Positions 49,316 to 62,687 of a stretch of DNA of 64,000 nucleotides are shown piece by piece. The DNA comes from the human T2T-CHM13v2.0 reference genome, Homo sapiens, in the NCBI RefSeq assembly GCF_009914755.1, contig NC_060926.1. One strand, written 5' to 3'. The first letter of the stretch is position 1, and each line of letters begins with the position of its first letter. Both the position numbers and the translations under genes were made by a program. The notes below the pieces were generated by a model. The model did not search any database, was not told the DNA's origin, and worked only from the letters and a program-made list of their open reading frames with translations.

Positions 49316-50987
49316 AAAGGTAGGGGCACAATGCGGTAAATGAGGATAAAGCTTATCAAATCTGAACGTTTTAAAGGAACTTAGTAAACAGAGTATTTGC
49401 ACTTGAGTGATAAAAAAGGAAAGACTCAGGGATATAAAGCAACATACACAAGCTTCCACAGTTAGCTGATTCTGACTCCTACTTAGCTGCCTTTCTACTA
49501 TCCCCCATTGTCCATTTAGGTGAAAATGATAATTAAATGTTTCTATTTCATTGAAAAATGGCTGGTTATTTGTCATGTTTTGTCTTTAACAAAATGAAAT
49601 GCCATGTAGACACAATGATTTTTTGAAAAGATTAATTTCTGGTTGGGAGCATCACCCATCCACACCATTTGTATATCACTGTTTTCCCAAATGGTTTCCT
49701 GCATATAATTTCAAAATAACCCAGGAATTTGAAAGTAAATTTCCTGTCCTCATTGTGCAAACTGAAAGAAGAAAATAACAGATAAAGAGAAGAACAGTTA
49801 TTTTACACAATCACATGGTAAGTGACAGAATGCAGACTTGAACCTAAGATTTCTGAATTTCCAGCCTAAGATCTTTCCACTGCACCCCCAGCGACCTCTG
49901 AGAAACATAGAAAAGAGAATTTTTAATGTTTTCTCTTCATATGTTGCTGTTTGTTGTTTATTATTAGTTAAAGAGGCACATATAATTCCTTACCTTGAAA
50001 ATCAGAAGTATTATTACTGGGGGTAGGGGAGGAGGGTACATGATGGTAAAGAGACTCAGATGCCTAGAGCTATCAAACAGAAGCCACCAATGTCTGTGTT
50101 CATACAAAGCCGCACGCCTACAATGTCACAGTAAAAACATGCGAAAAGGTAAAATATATTTCTGACTTTAGAAAACAATGGCTTTTATCCAAACTCATTA
50201 TAAACCTGTCTATTCAATGGCTCCCTTTTAAGACACATGGGAAAAAAAACAAAAAACAAAAAAATGTTGCTTTATATTGGTGCCATAAATTTAGAGGAAA
50301 AAAAACAATTTTGCCATGTTATTTTTCAATCACCCAGCAAAATTCAAGTTCCCTTTGACATTGATGCTATTCCCAATTCAACATTGCTAAATTTTAACTA
50401 TCCTCCCTTTCAATTAGCTGGGTTTCTATTTGCTTACTTTGTCCGTGGTTATAGCCTTCCTTCATGGACCTAAGATCACTGTTTTCCTTTCTCTTTATGC
50501 TCTGTGAGCATCAAGTATCATGGGGCATGCGTGTAATTGTCATTCAGTGTGAAAAAGCCAGCTGGAGGTATCACAATCATGTCAATATACCAGTCAGCAA
50601 GAAAACCTCCAAACTGATTGTTTTCTATTTAGATATAATATCAAATGGATTGAAAATTACTGCTTCTACAAACTTCTGAGTGCCATTACCATGTTTTTTA
50701 TACTTTTGTACAATCAACTAATAAAATATGTGTGTATGTATATACACACACATATAGATGTATATGTATGTGTATAATTGTTCCAAAGAAAATAAAATTT
50801 GTTATATCCATAGAACATATGCATAACCAGAAATTATTTAACTACCATGAGAGATGGAATCCTGGGGCTCCGGGAAACTGTGAGAGATTAGCTAGATCAG
50901 ACCACCTAACTCTTTTCAAGAACTGCAGTGAAATTCATCCAATGAAGACTGCTGTTTTCCCTCAGCAGAAAATTCTCCCACCTTTGA

Positions 50988-51346
<359 letters not shown>

Positions 51347-52231
51347 TAGGTCTACCTTTATAGTACGTGTAGTGTCCAGTGTCCTTTCTAGGTAACAATG
51401 TCTTGTTCAATAATCACTTAAGCTCCTTTCTGTTGCTCAAAAGTAAAAAAAAGAAAAAGAGGTTCACTGCCACTATATAATATTACTGTGTATTCAGAGC
51501 TGGTAGCCATACGTAAATGGAGCTGAAAATGTACCAAAATGGAGAAAGTTGCATTTTATAGATCTCTTCTAAGGGATGAGAACTATGTGATAAGAAAAAA
51601 TCACTTGCTAATCACTGAGACGATGGTGGAAGGAGAAGTGAACCCTTCCAGAGGCATTCTATAGTAACAACAGATAGTTGACAAGTTGCCTTCTAATATA
51701 ATTCAGTATGGTCAACTATAAAAGCCAACTGTGCTAAAAAAGGATGCAAATTTTTGACCAGAACTGGATTGTTCAGGACGACAGAAAAGGACTGAGAATT
51801 GTGTCAATAATCTTCTCTTGCCTTCCCTTACACAGCACAGTTCTTTTAATTTAGTTACATGTTGAACAAAGACACCAAGTGAATATCCTGCCAAGCGTGC
51901 AGATGTGTCTCAGTCCAGGCACCTAGCTGAGTAGCTGGCAACTGGCTGACTTTGCATGAGGAAACTTAGCCTTCCTTGCCTAGCTCTCAACTAAGCACTT
52001 GATATGAATTAACAGTTTCTAAAAATTTCTAAGCCACAAACTCTTGATTCAACTAAAGGCTTACTGTTTAAATAAATAAAAATAAGGTGACAAATTCTAA
52101 ATGTTTCTAGGTGCAGCTGTGGAAGAGGGATGGAAAAGAGCCTGACAGACTGAGATGAACATAGGGATATTCCAAGGAAACCCTTGGTTTTCTGGGGAGA
52201 AGGGTTGTAAACCACCAGACTACAGGATCAT

Positions 52232-52435
52232 ATCTTACCAGAGGTTGTTGGGGAGGGGAGAATGGGGAGTTGTTGCTTAATCATTCTGTAGTTTCTGTTG
52301 GATTGATGAAAAAAGTGGAAATAGTGGTAATGATTGCACAATATTGTAAATCTACTTAATGCCAATAAATTATATACTTAAAAGTGGTTTAAATGGCTAA
52401 TTTTATGTTATATATAACTTACCATAATAATTTTT
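52232..52435 (+). mobile_element. L1MB-type 3' end
   Basis: GGGGAGGGGAGAATGGGGAGTTGTTGCTTAAT..GATGAAAAAAGTGGAAATAGTGGTAATGATTGCACAATATTGTAAAT..AATTTTATGTTATATATA. Confidence 0.85.
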
Positions 52436-53904
52436 TAATTAGGATGTGATCTAACGAGGCTATTTGATATTTCTTAATACTTCTTTATTTCTGTTTTGTT
52501 CCACTGGAAGGTCAATGGGGCCTCTTTAGCATATTCTAAAATCTAGCAAAGTTTTTCTTTAGCTAGCACAAGAAAAGCAATGGAAAAAGAAGCCAAGGGA
52601 TATATATAATGGCCCACTCTTTTACATTCAGAAATACAATTATTTATCCATAAAGCAACATAGAAATGAATAAAATTAACTTACAAATATAAACACTACA
52701 CATAAACATATAGAGCAAAGGGCATACGATGTTTTTGCTGCAAAAAAGCCTCTGTTACTGCAATTTCACATGGGTTTTCCTGCTCTGAACCACATGTTGT
52801 CTCTAATCTTTTCATGAATTTTTTTTCTTCCTCTCCTTGTTTATTCTCTGCTATAGAGCTAAAATGTTAAATATGACATCAACACTACTTTGTTGCTTAG
52901 AAGCAATGTTTCAATAAACTCCATTAAGACTCTCTTTTCTTATTTGAAACCTACAACTTCTGCAAATGGCTGCTGCTTCCAACTGTCTTCTGTGAGCATT
53001 CCCTTTTTCTGAGGTTCTCCATGCGTTCAGCCCAGTCTGATCTTTGCCTACCCCAAGCTATTCCAGATTACCCCTATCCTTTCTAAGTAAATAGGTCATC
53101 ACAGAACTACCTGCCTTAAAAAGACTATCACTTTGCTATAAAATCTAACATAAGCTAAATAAGGTTATATCAATCAACACAACACAACTACCTTTAGGAA
53201 TATATAAATAATTTTTTCACAGCCAACCTATAGATACAGAGGTAAGAGGAGTGAAGAAGAAAGTTATCTATGTGTCATTGTTTCAAGCTCCAGGAATTCG
53301 AAGGCCGAAAACTGCTTTGAAAGAGAGAGTAACCCAGGTAAGGAGCAAGCAAGAGTTATATTAAGGAACTACCAAAACAATAAGCAGATGCCCTCCTTGG
53401 AAATAATGGGGGTAAGGAAAGCCTAGATTTCATTAAGGCAAGTGCTGAGAAGTTTACGTGAGGAATACATGGAGGATGGTAGAGCATTTTCTCATGAGAA
53501 AAACAAAGTTCCCAAGGGATAAGCAGAGGGGAAGAACAGGAGAATAAGGCAGGGTCTGTGCAGCACTGTGGAAATGGAATGAAACGTAGATGTTCTGCAC
53601 CTGGTAGAAAAAACAGCGGTTATCTTATTTACCAGCCTGACTCTACAAAACTCAGCAGAATGTCATTAAAGATGTGCAATTCCATAAAGGAAAGGCTATC
53701 TGGCTCCTGATTGGCAAATGATACTTGCCACCTCTTCCCCTAGGCTCAGGAGAAGAACGTGTGGTGCTGAAAGGGACAGATTTTGTTTTCACTCCTGTTG
53801 GCTGCCGGCATGGGACCCAGCAAAAGCAACAACAGCAGCCGAGTCACGCAAGTGCAAACTTGCTGCTTTTTAAGCAACAAGCTGGCAGGGAAGAGATCCT
53901 CTCT

Positions 53905-53980
53905 TTATCATGTATTTATTTATTTATAATTTGTAAAGCATCCATATCCAAATGGATTTGAGGCAGTTTGCAATAAAAAC
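53905..53980 (-). mobile_element. Possible ancient L4/RTE-X 3' fragment
   Basis: ATTTGTAAAGCATCCATATCCAAATGGATTTGAGGCAGTTTGCAA resembles my recollection of the L4 terminus. Short match only. Confidence 0.3.
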
Positions 53981-56389
53981 ACATGTACACATGTCACAGG
54001 ATACTTAAAATAAAGGTCAGAGAGAGCCTAGAAAAAAAGAAGGATAGATCTTCTTGTACAATGTTCCTCTGCAGGAAAACTAGCCAGGAAGAGGGGACAG
54101 CCTAGGACAAATAGGCAGCAGGTGCTTTTCCTAGGGGGCGCTCTCCCACCGCCATTTCTGTTCATGGAAATCACCAGGGAAAGACCTCTCATCTGGGCAT
54201 ATGCCTAAAGCAAAGGTTCCAAGCCCTCAGAAGAAGCAAAGTGGGGTCTGGTGTTGAAAGGGCAAGATGCTGCCGAGTATAGAAGCATCACTCCCGCACC
54301 CCCCAGCCCAGGAGAGAACACTGCTAAGGGTGTGAACATCCACCCTAAGGTCAGCAGACGGGGTCAATCTGCCTGTCTCCAAGAGAGGTATCACAGGAGA
54401 CTCCTCAATGCCAAACTCAGTGTAAGCTAAAGGCAAAAGGTCTAGACCCCAGGGCCTTGGAATCAGCTTCATCTCCCTGTTGCCTTTACATAGAGCCTCT
54501 TCTTCACATGCATCAAAAACCCACTTGAGGCTGGTTTCCAGGTCTGCACAAAAGATCACTGAGTACCATCCAAGAAGTTCTCACTCTTCAAGAATCCTAA
54601 TGGAGTAGGCTCCACAGTGACCACACACAGAGCAAGCACGATGACCTGCACAGAGGTCTGCCATCCCATCCAAAGCATGACTGTAACTTCACTTTGTGCT
54701 CCCATACAGTGAAGCATTCTTTAATAGAGGTTGGGATGCTGCTTCAAGAAATTTCAGAGACAGCCCTTCTCTTCCCACATGACCCATCCCTTGCCAGGTT
54801 CTACCTGCCACAACTGAAGCTGACCACCACTGCTAGAGCATTTGCTCACAAACCATGCAAAGTTGGGAGCACAGGAGGGTAAATGCTAACAATTGGACAC
54901 CTTCTGTGTCACAGACATGCTGCCTAGTTTGCTGTGGCTGCAGTTTGAATTTTTTTTTTTTAATAACGGGTGGACGCAGATGGTTTGAGGGTCTCACCGA
55001 AAGAATTCTGAATCTTCTGCTAATAAAATCCCAAGACAGATATGTTTATCAATGATAAAAAGAAAAAAGAAAAAAAAAGTAACTAGGAAAATGCATAGAG
55101 TACTGACACCACGAGAGATGAAAGTATAAAGACATAAATTAGAAGCTGCGGCCTTGGGCAAGTTCTTACTAATTTAGTTCTATTGCTGCTTGGTTGAAGG
55201 AAATGGTTCTTTTTTTTTTTTAGCTTGGCACAGCTGAAGCCACCTGAGGGATTGGAAACATCCTAGGACAATGATATCTCTAGGAAATGCAAACATCTAG
55301 GTACCACTGCCACAGAGAAGAATCCACTTTGGGCTCCCTCATGGTTTTCCTAATTGTGGCATCTCCTATGACTAAAGAAACGTGTCAAATGGGAACTGAC
55401 ATGAGCAACTGGTTGGACGGTCCCGCCAGCAATGTTGGTCCCAGCTTGGTCAATTCATGCCACCCTGTGTGTCAACTATCAGACCAAAGAGTTGGTAAGA
55501 TGGGACATCAAAGGCACTAGTTTTCAGACCTTATGTGTCCAAGATTTATCATATGTCTCTGGCATGCTGAGCAGTATACTAATTCTTAGTTCTCACAAGG
55601 AGATGAGAATGGAAGGAAGTTACAGCCTCACGTATCAATGGAATCACCCATCACTCACTGAGCTATTTTTTTTTCTACTGTGATATGCTTCCTCATTATT
55701 CCGGGTAATCAGGTATTGACTCTCATTATATTTGCTACATTAATGGTTTCTCCTAATACTCCTGCCCACCCTAGCCAAAGCTGAGTCCAAACACCTCCTC
55801 CCCATTGCCATCTGTCTCTAGAACTTCAGTCTCTCTCCCCTCCCAGCAGGAGAGCGAGGCTTGCCTTCTCTCCATACTCTATCAAGATATATAGTAATAG
55901 GTTCAAGAGGGCGAAAACTTGGTTCCAGCCTCTCTGATGCTTTGACTCACCCTCGTAAAAAGTTATTGGTGTCAGCACTGGTCTAACAATTGCCTCTCCC
56001 TCCATGCCCCTTGGCTTCTATAATTTCACTTCCCCTGCTGCACCATACAATAAACTCTAATGAGCGCTCACATTCCTTCACCAAGCACCCTCCACCAACA
56101 AGTCAAACCAGGAGAGGAAAATAACTTTCCGCAGAAAATTCATGCAGCCATGAAGTCCATGTCCTCAGCAAGTTAACCAACATACAGAAGCATGCCAGAC
56201 TTCACAGAAATGGGAATCCATTAAAAATAGGGAAAAGAAAGAACATGATCTATGTTCAAGAAAAACATCAGCTCCAGCCTAACACAAAATAAAAGAAAGA
56301 GAGAAGAGGGAAGAACTGAGCTGAAAATAACTTTTCAAAATTTTTTTCTAAGATTTGTGTTACGTATTTCAATATGTAAGTAATTGGGA

Positions 56390-56520
56390 CTTCCTTCCTT
56401 CCTTCTTTCCTTCCTTCTTCCTTCCTTCCTTCCTTTTCCTTCCTTCTTTCTTTCTCCTCCCTCCCTCCTTTCTTTCTCTCTCTTTCTCGCTCTCTCTCTC
56501 TCTCTCTCTCTCTCCCTTTC
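56390..56520. repeat. (CCTT)n/(CTTT)/(CT)n polypyrimidine microsatellite (expanded Alu tail)
   Basis: ~130 bp of almost pure pyrimidine directly abutting the Alu 3' end. Confidence 0.95.
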
Positions 56521-56802
56521 TTTGAGAGGCTCACTCTGTCACCCAGGCTGGAGTACAGTGGCATGATCTTGGCTCACCACAACCTCTGGCTCCCAGATTC
56601 CAATGATTCTCATGCCTCAGCCTCCCAAGTAGCTGGGATTACAGGCATGTGCCATTATGCCCAGCTAATTTTTTGTATTTTTAGTAGAGACAGTGTTTTA
56701 TCATATTGGCCAGGCTAGTCTTGAACTTGTGACCTCAGGCAATCTGCCTGCCTCAGCCTCCCAAAGTGCTTGGATTATAAGCATGAGGCACCGCGCCCAG
56801 CC
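56521..56802 (-). mobile_element. Alu (AluS-type)
   Basis: CTCACTCTGTCACCCAGGCTGGAGTACAGTGG..CACCGCGCCCAGCC. Confidence 0.96.
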
Positions 56803-59224
56803 AGAATCATTTTGTATACATAATGAAATGTATATATGACATGTTTGCACATGAGTTAATTTCACCAGGAAATGAACCAACATTCCTTAGCCCCCTACTA
56901 TGTGCTAGGCCCATTTGATTTATTTAATCCAAGAGTGAAAATATGGGTCTAGAGTGACTTCTGTCTCACAACATATATTTTCTGAATTGTTCTAACAAAT
57001 ATGTTTATATCATGAAGACACACAGATACAAATGCGCAGTCATTTTTCCATTATCTCTTTGTCCCTTTTCCTAGCTTACATTCAGTTGATTTCAGTTTAG
57101 CATACTACCATGAGAGGGATAGATGAAAACCCATGTTCTTTGAACTGTCCCCTAATGTCTCTAGTAATTCTCTTGCGTGGGACTCCATGTTTCTTCCATG
57201 AAGCAGGAAAACATAAAGACTGGGAAGCTTCTTGGCCTGGAGCTCCCTGTGGGGGTCATGCCCTTTCTCCCTGGGCCTCTGTGAATCAAAAGGACCTTTT
57301 GGGTACTCACTACCCTGCTCCCCTGGGGGCCACTGCAAGAAAAGAAAGAGGGCCCACATAAAAAGGAGAAGCTCTATGAGTACTAGTGTCAGAGAGAGCA
57401 GGGTTGGGCAGAGCCAATTTCCAGGAGAAATACTAACAGATGGTTCCCCGAAGGGGAATCCTAAGGGAGCCAGGAAAGTTAAATTTGGAGATGAGAAAGA
57501 ATAATAACTGAAAATACTTTTACAAAATATTGCTTGGTAAACTCTCACATACTTATTATTTTCTTCCTTGTGTGTCCCCTGTGGTAATGGCTGGGGGGGT
57601 GGGCGGTGGGGGGGGGAAAGCCTTACAACATACTTGAGGGTTTTCATGCTTTCAGAGTCATGTATGAAGACAGAAAAATATCCAAATATCCAGGTAAGTG
57701 CCTCCTGTATGCCCTGGACAAGGAGAAGGAGTATCCTGGAGAGCAGAACCAGTGATGGCAATGAAGAAGGGGAGGAGAGATGAACCAGGGCACTCATCTC
57801 GTGGACCACTTAGTATGTGAGAAAATGGCTCAGAATGCAAAGAAGCTTGCCAGTAGGCACAGAGCAAGTGGGAGAGCCAGAGCATGAACGTGTGTTTTCT
57901 AATTCCAGCTGCAATGCTGACTACATTAAACGCCACCTTTCTAAATTGACCTCCTGTCCTGAAATATATGCCCTAATTCTTTCTTTCTTCACCTGGCAAC
58001 TGGGTTTATCACAGAAAATCATTTTCCTCAAGCTATCGCCCATTTGAAATGTCAGTGGCTCCAGGACTAGTTATTTACAGCTGAGATTCTCAGGTACTTT
58101 CCCCTGCCACTGCACATCTGATGGGTGATATTCCTACATGTGGCAATGGATCTCTTGTGTCTACACCGTCAGCTTTGTAGCTCTAATGCCACCTCCTTTC
58201 TTGCCATTCAATGATTGCATTGGAATTTAAGAGCGTGAAAGTGATACTGCTTGCCCAAGGGATCAGTTACCTGCATAAACAGGAAGTCAAATCCCTTATA
58301 AAGATCCTCTCCATCTACTGATGCCTCTGCCTCAAGTATGTCTGGAAATCTCCAGAGCATCTCACAACATTTGAGCTGTTCCCAGTGCCCCAGTCTTTCT
58401 GGCTACTCTCCTACACATATTATTCCTCTTCAGGCTGCCCTAGACTAGTGAGGAGATAAATGTCAAAGCAGTCTCTCCACTCCATGTGGCAATCTGTTAA
58501 AAGAGCCCAAAGGCAGTGTTCCCTGTGCCCCAGTGGGGGGACATTTATTTACTGCCTTCTGTTTTCTCAGGGCCTAGGTCTACATCAGGAGGTTGGATCA
58601 GGAGCAGATTCCAAGAGAAGCCAGCACTAGAATGTAGGCTGAGTGATGATAAAGTCTTTATCCCTGGCTCGTGCTGCTTTATGTTTCTAGCTTATTCTCC
58701 CTTGGATCCATGCTCTTCATCCCATGCAAATGGATGCCATGCATATGGCACTGGATATTACTCCTACTCTCCCACAAACTGCCCAAGATGGCCCAGCCAT
58801 GCCTAAATCCCAGCAGTGGACAAAAGAAGGCTTCATGGTATGCTGAGATCCCTACCACATATGATCATAAAGGTAGCAACTTAAATTTACATAAAACAAA
58901 TATAAGTCAAACAAAACTTCTAGTAGTTATTTTTCCTAGAATCAAATTACTCTGACACACCTTACAAGTGATTATGACAGATCAGCTTGTTGCAATACTA
59001 CAGGTAAAAGTAGCTGGACAGTAGGAGGAAAGTGAAACTGTCAACTGACAACACTGGCTGTCCGAAGTGAACATGTCCAACGTCATTTTCCATTACTTTT
59101 TGCTCGGTGGTTGCACTTCCATCCCATGATCAGAGCACTGCCTCAACAAGGTGAGTGCTTTCATCATCTCGGTGCCACTGATAATATAATTCCCAAGGCC
59201 CGGAAACACCCCATCTCCATTCTT

Positions 59225-59420
59225 ACCTAGTTACTGTCCAAATGTTAAGCACCCTTTAAGGTCCAAATGCTTCTTCCACCAGGAAGCCCTCCCTGATGAC
59301 CCTAACCCATACTCTTCATCTTATCAGCAGTAAATCTGAGAGTCTGCAGCATTCCCTGGGCACAGAGAGACTGCACTGAATGACTGGCATGCAACGTGTG
59401 TCACTTGGTTGGATGAAATG
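59225..59420 (+). mobile_element. L2 3' fragment
   Basis: CAAATGCTTCTTCCACCAGGAAGCCCTCCCTGA. Confidence 0.45.
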
Positions 59421-59742
59421 CTAGGAATGAAGAAATTAGATTTTTATGCTGGGCCTTTTATGTCACTTGTAGTCCAGAATTAAATTTCATAATTTTATAA
59501 CTTCTTTATTAAATTTCACTTCCATGATGAGCAGTACAAAGTAAAATTTCTCACAAACTTTTTTGTAAAAATTTGGTGAAATGTTATATTGAGAGCCTCT
59601 CAACATTTTATTATTCATGTGTCTATCTGTGGACATTTTCATGGGCTCAATACATTAACAGATTAAACATAGTTTGTATAGAAAATGTTATTTTCACTTA
59701 AGAAAGTAAAAGTTGTTATGATAATCCCAGAGTATATAAAAC

Positions 59743-59794
<52 letters not shown>

Positions 59795-59818
59795 CCTACC
59801 TACCTACCTACCTACCTA
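59743..59818. repeat. Compound tetranucleotide STR [TCTA]13[CCTA]6
   Basis: Counted directly: 59743-59794 and 59795-59818. Confidence 0.95.
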
Positions 59819-60445
59819 TCGAGAGACAGAGAGAGAGAAATCTAGTAAATTCATGGCTGGAAATACTACCCACCCATGCTCTGCAGTAAGGACTGGAAAC
59901 TCAATATTCTTTAATGTAACCAGGTTGCCAGAAAGCAAAGCAGATTCTGTGTAATTCCCATTTTCATAGAAATTCATAATACCATATGAATCCTAGTGGT
60001 GTAATAGCTACCACCTCTTCCTTATACTTCACACTGGAGTTGCTTTTGTATTTTTTCTTTTGGGAGAGGTAAATTTGAGGGTAGTAGCCACTATTTACAG
60101 TAAAAGGCTGTTATGGTGTTTTTCAAGGAACCGAAATAAGAAAACTTTATAAGCAGGGGAAGTGGTGGAAGCAAGAAACAGTATAACTTGGGGAGCTTCT
60201 CAAGGGCTTTCAGAATTGAATAACATCCTTAGGGGGTACAAAACTAGATGTGGGATGACAGTAATGAGATTTTGTTGTACCTTTTAGACTAAAAGAATAA
60301 AGGTAGTCAAAGGGACTATGATTTGCTTCCAGGGAATACATGGTTACCCAGACATATTTATTGAGATCTGATGTATTTCTGGATTCCTGTCATTCTGTTA
60401 TGAATCCCATACTTTCTAGACTGATTTCCAGACATGAAGATATTT

Positions 60446-60752
<307 letters not shown>

Positions 60753-60879
60753 AGACATGAAGACATTTCCCAGAAATCCTGCCTATCCCCAGAACTCCCT
60801 TGTCTCTGAGTTAGCTGCCTTCTTAATCCTTCATATTCTTACAGATGGATTCAGTCAGATCATCTAGTCTACAATGTTG

Positions 60880-61210
60880 CATTCTTCAATTACACCTCAA
60901 TATTTACGGAGGGTTTACTATGAACCAAGCACAGTAGAGACCTAAAGATACCTGTAACATGTGGACAGTTTATAAGCAAACTGGAGTAATCCTACCCTAT
61001 GAAAAAGAAGTTACAAAGTAGACAACAAGTGCTACATTGGCTTAAAGTAAAGAGAGAGGGAGGAGTCAGCAGGAGAGGGGAGGGGAGGGAGGGAGAGATT
61101 TAACTATTAATCATAAGCGATCACTTAACTTGAGGTCCACCTTAACAGGGTGATCAGAGGATTCCTGGAGGAAACGGAGAGGTTAGACATCCAAGAAGAG
61201 CCTGGAAGTG
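60880..61210 (-). mobile_element. L2 3' fragment
   Basis: AATATTTACGGAGGGTTTACTATGAACCAAGCAC..ATCAGAGGATTCCTGGAGGA. Confidence 0.45.
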
Positions 61211-61262
61211 GCCTGTGTGTGGCCTTGCCTGACAGTCTTGCAGTCTAACAGTTCGGTTCCTG

Positions 61263-61583
61263 CAGCAGTTCCCAAACTGTGGTCTGTTGTACATTTTATG
61301 GGAATTATAAAGGTGTTATGAAAAAGAGGGAAGGAGAGGAAAAGTGTAAAGCAAATGAGGGGAAAAACCTGGATTAGCTGGATTTTTTAAGGCAGGATGA
61401 TCATGATCCTTTAATGTGTTAATGTTCATTGTTAATCTGTAAGACAGGGGTGTGGAAAATATTATTTCCCAAATGTATCTAATCAAAGGGCTTTTTGTTG
61501 TTGTTTGTTTGTTTAGGTCTTGTTTTGGGTAACGAGTACTTCACAAGACTAGTATTCAATAAGCCACATTGTGGGGAATGCCA
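61263..61583. mobile_element. hAT-Charlie-type MITE (subfamily uncertain)
   Basis: Termini CAGCAGTTCCCAAACTGTGG / CCACATTGTGGGGAATGCC form imperfect TIRs. Confidence 0.55.
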
Positions 61584-62687
61584 CCATTACTTGTTAGGTG
61601 ACTTACATTAGCACTGACAAGGTAGAAAAGTCATTCCCTGTGAGCCTTCTCCTGTGATGCAGAGGAGTCAACTTTTGAATCAACTCTGACTCCAAGACCT
61701 CTCTGACACAAGCTCTTCTTTGCCTCTTGATGTGAACTTTGCTTTCTACGTAAAACAACAAAAGCATTGTATCTGCTGACCAATAAGGGCTTCAGTAGGA
61801 ACAGAGGAATGAGATTCTGACTTGCATAATATTTCAGGGCCTTCACAGAGCACTGCTTGCTAGTTAACCTCTTGGGGGCAGGCAGGAGTTGCTGCCCCCA
61901 AGCATTAATGCAGCTAGGGAAATATCTGTTCCCAACATCATCAGGGTAATAAGAAAACCCATTGCAGATTAGTTCTTTTAATTCAAGGTACCATCCGACT
62001 GAAATGCTGCACAGCTCCTGTGCTGCCTCCAAATTAAGTGACTGGAGGCAATTTTCATTCTATTTCACATTTTGTCTTTTCTACCAATAGCACAGGGCAT
62101 CCCTCCCTGCTCCATTACCATGGATGGTGCCAGTTTTTGACTTTGATTTCCGAGTCCACTTTTTAAGGCATCATGTTCGTGCAAGTGGACTCCAAGCCCT
62201 CAGAACTAGGTCAGGCATTTGCTGGAGGTCATTACAAGGCTACAAAATAGAGCATGCTTAATTCTGTTATTTCTGAAGATTTTCTTCTTCTCTCTCATGT
62301 GCATAGAAGACAATCAGTACTTAATTAAATTTTGGAACTGTTCCTGAAAATTTCAGACTATCAAAGATGCATGTGACCTCCTTTCACCCTAGCCACTCAA
62401 GAGAGGTTTAACAAAAGCATGTAAAAAGGAAAGAAGGGGGCTTGTCGACCAAAGACTTGAGAAACTATATCAATTGTTGCACTTCTATTTTAAATGCCAA
62501 TGCTTAAAGCATCTAGCAAGAAAATCCTTAGTACACAGAATGCAGGGATGAAAGTAAGCTGGTCATGAGTTCAATCTGTTCATATTAGGTAGAGGAGCGA
62601 CTTAACCAAGATGAATATTAGTACAGTGATAGCCCAATAAATATTCAGGTTATTACCCAATTAGCAGGAGCATAAACTAACATTAAA

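Noticed and set aside
56268-56566. Charged E/R/K-rich and L/S/F-rich ORFs
   Set aside because: Translations of the (CCTT)/(CT) microsatellite.
61631-62032. 133-aa minus-strand ORF
   Set aside because: Non-ATG start, no internal Met, no recognisable domain, and no supporting splice structure.
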